Source of the DNA: Octopus vulgaris | Taxonomy: Eukaryota | Direction: 5' to 3' | Length of the DNA: 64,000 nt | Assembly: GCA_951406725.2 (NCBI GenBank) | Contig: OX597816.1 | Coordinates: 174,840,001 to 174,904,000, forward strand | In this document: piece after piece, positions 61,066 to 64,000 of the stretch | Layout of the letters: each line of letters opens with the position of its first letter | Position numbering within the stretch: the first letter of the stretch is position 1 | Position numbers and translations under genes: made by a program | Notes under the pieces: model-generated | Seen by the model: the letters and a program-made list of their open reading frames with translations, nothing else | Databases searched by the model: none | Told to the model about the DNA's origin: nothing

Positions 61066-62534
61066 ATATATATATATATATATAAATATATATATGAATG
61101 TATCATCATCATCATCATATATATATTAATCAAAGTGGGTTACTACTAAAAACAACAACAATAACAAAATAATAGTAATAGTTTATTTTATGTAAATCAA
61201 CACTGCAACACACATGATGCAATACAAATAATGAATAGTTATGGGCATGTAATACAAATATTTTTGATAATAATAACTGTTTCTAACTTAGGTACAAAGT
61301 CACTAATTTTTGAGGGGAGGAGTTTGACAATTACATTGACACCAGTACTTAGGAGGAATGTATTTTTATTGCTCTTAGAAGGATGAAAGCTGAAGCTGAT
61401 CTCAGCAAGATTTGAACTAAAGTGTGGAACTAATAGCACAAAGAATTTTTTCCAACACTCTAATAATTCTGCTAATCAACCATCTATAAATAGAAAAGAG
61501 AAAAAAATAATAGGAGCTTCAAGTTTGATAAAAAACAACAACATTTAGACAAATACATAAGCAAACCTCCAGGACTTATAAATATATATAAGATACAGAA
61601 AATAGCACTGCTAGGCACTGCACATATCTTACATTCAGCACTATCGATATAGCAAAAATAACAACACAAGCACAGAGTTGTGCTCAACAGTGAAATGCAA
61701 GCACACAATAAAAATAAGACTGCTGAATGATGATGATGATGATACTTTCTAATTTTGGTATGAGGTCAGCAAATTTCAAGATAGGGAGCAAGTCATCAAC
61801 TCTAGTTCTTGGTTGGTACCTTATTTTATCAACCTCAAAAGTATGAAAAGCAAAGCTAACCTCAGCAGGATTTGAACACAAAGAGTTGGACAAAATGCCA
61901 CTCTGCATTTTGTCCAGTGCACTAATGATTCACCTTATGAATAATATGAATAATGATGATGATAATGATAATGATGATGATGATGACGATGCAGTACCAG
62001 GCAGTGGCTCTCATGGCTTCTGATCTTAACTGATTGGAAGGGTTATCATGTACATTGTTTTGTTTTGGTATAAAAGATGGGCTACAGCAAATATTCTGCT
62101 CAATACCACAGATTTGATTGTCAGTTGTTTGACCTTAACCAGTTGAGCATGTCCCTTAGTGGCTGACGATATGCGCATCTCTGATCACGAGCAGAAGTAG
62201 TGGGGGTGCAACATAGCCATGTGTTGAGAGGAATTCTTTGGGGTTTGAATAATTCACGTCTGGAAGCCTAGGTGTTTCATTCAACATTCTTAAACAACCC
62301 TTATTCAGGGACCTTTTGAGTGGGATGGGCTACTCAGCCTGATGAAAATTCTAACTGGGCCCCACCTGCAAGGTCATGTGCTGTTTATCTTGATATGAGA
62401 TCACCATGTCGCTCACATATGGTTGTGACGCATGTGCCTGGTGTACCCCTATCAGATGGGTAGTCATGATAGGTATATTGGGCTTCATATATTTTATCCT
62501 AGTGTCACTTTGATGGCAAGCATTGCTCTCTCAC

Positions 62535-62589
<55 letters not shown>

Positions 62590-62619
62590 CAACAATAATA
62601 ATAATAATGATTATAATAA

Positions 62620-63240
62620 ACATGTAACTGCAGAATATGTGGAGATGGACAAGAAACAATAAATCATATTATCTCTGGCTGCCCAGTCCTGGCTAAGAAG
62701 GAATATATTCACTGGCTCGACAGATTTGGGACCTATATACACTGGAAGCTATGCCAACACTAACAGAAAAAAGATGGTATAGGCACACGCCAGAAAAGGT
62801 CACAGAAAATGAGAAAGCAACCATACTACGGAATATGCCAAAACACACAAATAGAGAAATTAAGGCTAATAGGCCAGATATAGTTGTCAGAGATCACCAA
62901 GAAAAAATGTTTTCTAATTGATGCATCAATACCAACAGATGACAATGTTTCTTTAAAAGAAACAGAAACTTTCAAAATACAAAGTCTGGAAATAGAGGTA
63001 ACTCGAATGTGGAGTCTAAAAACAGAAACAATTCCTATCATAGTAGACGCATTAGGTATGATAAAAAAATATTCAGACAAATACACAACAAAAATACCAG
63101 GACTAACAAGTATATATAACATACAGAAAATAGCACAACTGGGCACTGCACACAACCTATGTAAAACACTTTCAATACAGTAACCATCAGAGCATCACAG
63201 CAAACCACAGCACATACCCAAGGCACACAAAGCACATGAT
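62620..63240 (+). mobile_element. R4/Dong-like non-LTR 3' fragment (CCHC + restriction-like endonuclease) flanked by (AAT)n
   Basis: NHIISGCPVLAKKEYI, RPDIVVRD, CFLIDASIP, IIVDALG, IQKIAQLGTAH; second shorter 3' fragment at about 61510-61700. Confidence 0.8.
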
Positions 63241-64000
63241 AAAAATAGTAGTAGTAATAATAATAATTTCTCAAACACGGCATTTTATTTTACAGACCTC
63301 AGAAAGATAAAAGCGTCTCAGTTTAATCCATTGTTTGACCTTCATGGAATTTGAACATGGGACATATGAAGCCAAAATAAATGCCATAAGAAATTTTGTT
63401 TAATGCTCCAATGATTCTACGATCTATTGCTCATGCCATATGTAGCCCTAATAATATTTCCTTATGTAGGCATAACATCAACAGTTTGAAAGTAAGGGTT
63501 AGATCAATTAAATCAGCCTAATATTTTACTGATACTTTATTTTGTTGATCCCAGAAGAATGAGAGGCAAAATTAACCTTGGCAGAATTTGAACTCAGAAC
63601 ACAAAGAGTTCAAATAATAGTAATATTAATTATTTCTAAGATGCACAAGACCAGAAACTTTGGGGAATCTGCTGCAAGAAAAGACAAAAACAGTAAATGA
63701 GTAAATCAAAACCAAAGATGACATACATTGCTTCACAGTTCATGGAAGTATCAAAAAATTTCAAATAAAAAGGAAGCAAAAATATAGAAATAAAACTCCA
63801 TTTTTTTTCCTTCTGAATCAAAATAACTCTAAAGTTCATTTGCAAAGTCAAGGGGGTGTGTGCATGCGAGAGAGAGAGAAATAATTGGGATGTCAATAAT
63901 AAAACACAAAGTATGTTTGTAACTGCAAAACAAACATGTTTTCAAGAATTAAGTTTTTTTCTTTCACTTGACAAAATAATTTCAAGATTCAAACTATTTC

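Noticed and set aside
61990-62536. Unclassified repeat-like segment ending in (AAT)n
   Set aside because: Single copy in the window and no diagnostic motif, so it cannot be classified.

Overview
Eukaryotic, AT-rich, repeat-dense genomic DNA. The SINE and microsatellite landscape looks like a coleoid cephalopod such as Octopus; this is an inference from recall, not a database result. One host gene is supported: the 3' seven coding exons (6624-32117, + strand, all GT-AG introns, phase-consistent) of a TESK-family (TESK1/2, Drosophila cdi-like) dual-specificity kinase. Its 5' exons were not found and probably lie upstream of the window. The rest is mostly transposon-derived. Retroelements: CR1-group LINEs (one with a triple-CCCH ORF1), a near-intact Tx1/L1-clade LINE sitting inside a (TA)n-spaced palindromic repeat array, RTE, R4/Dong-like and HERO-like fragments, four Penelope-like fragments and several SINE families. 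DNA transposons: mariner, Tc1, pogo, piggyBac and a Helitron. The most unusual signal is non-coding. A repeat family at 48.2-50.6 kb (three diverged copies, minus strand) carries all hammerhead-ribozyme core elements in a non-circularly permuted order, with covarying stems and a kink-turn. One copy is a 406-nt-period partial tandem, resembling a retrozyme. Several minimal hammerhead variants with swapped 3:8 core pairs occur in other short repeats. All structures were derived by eye, and none has been computed or tested.
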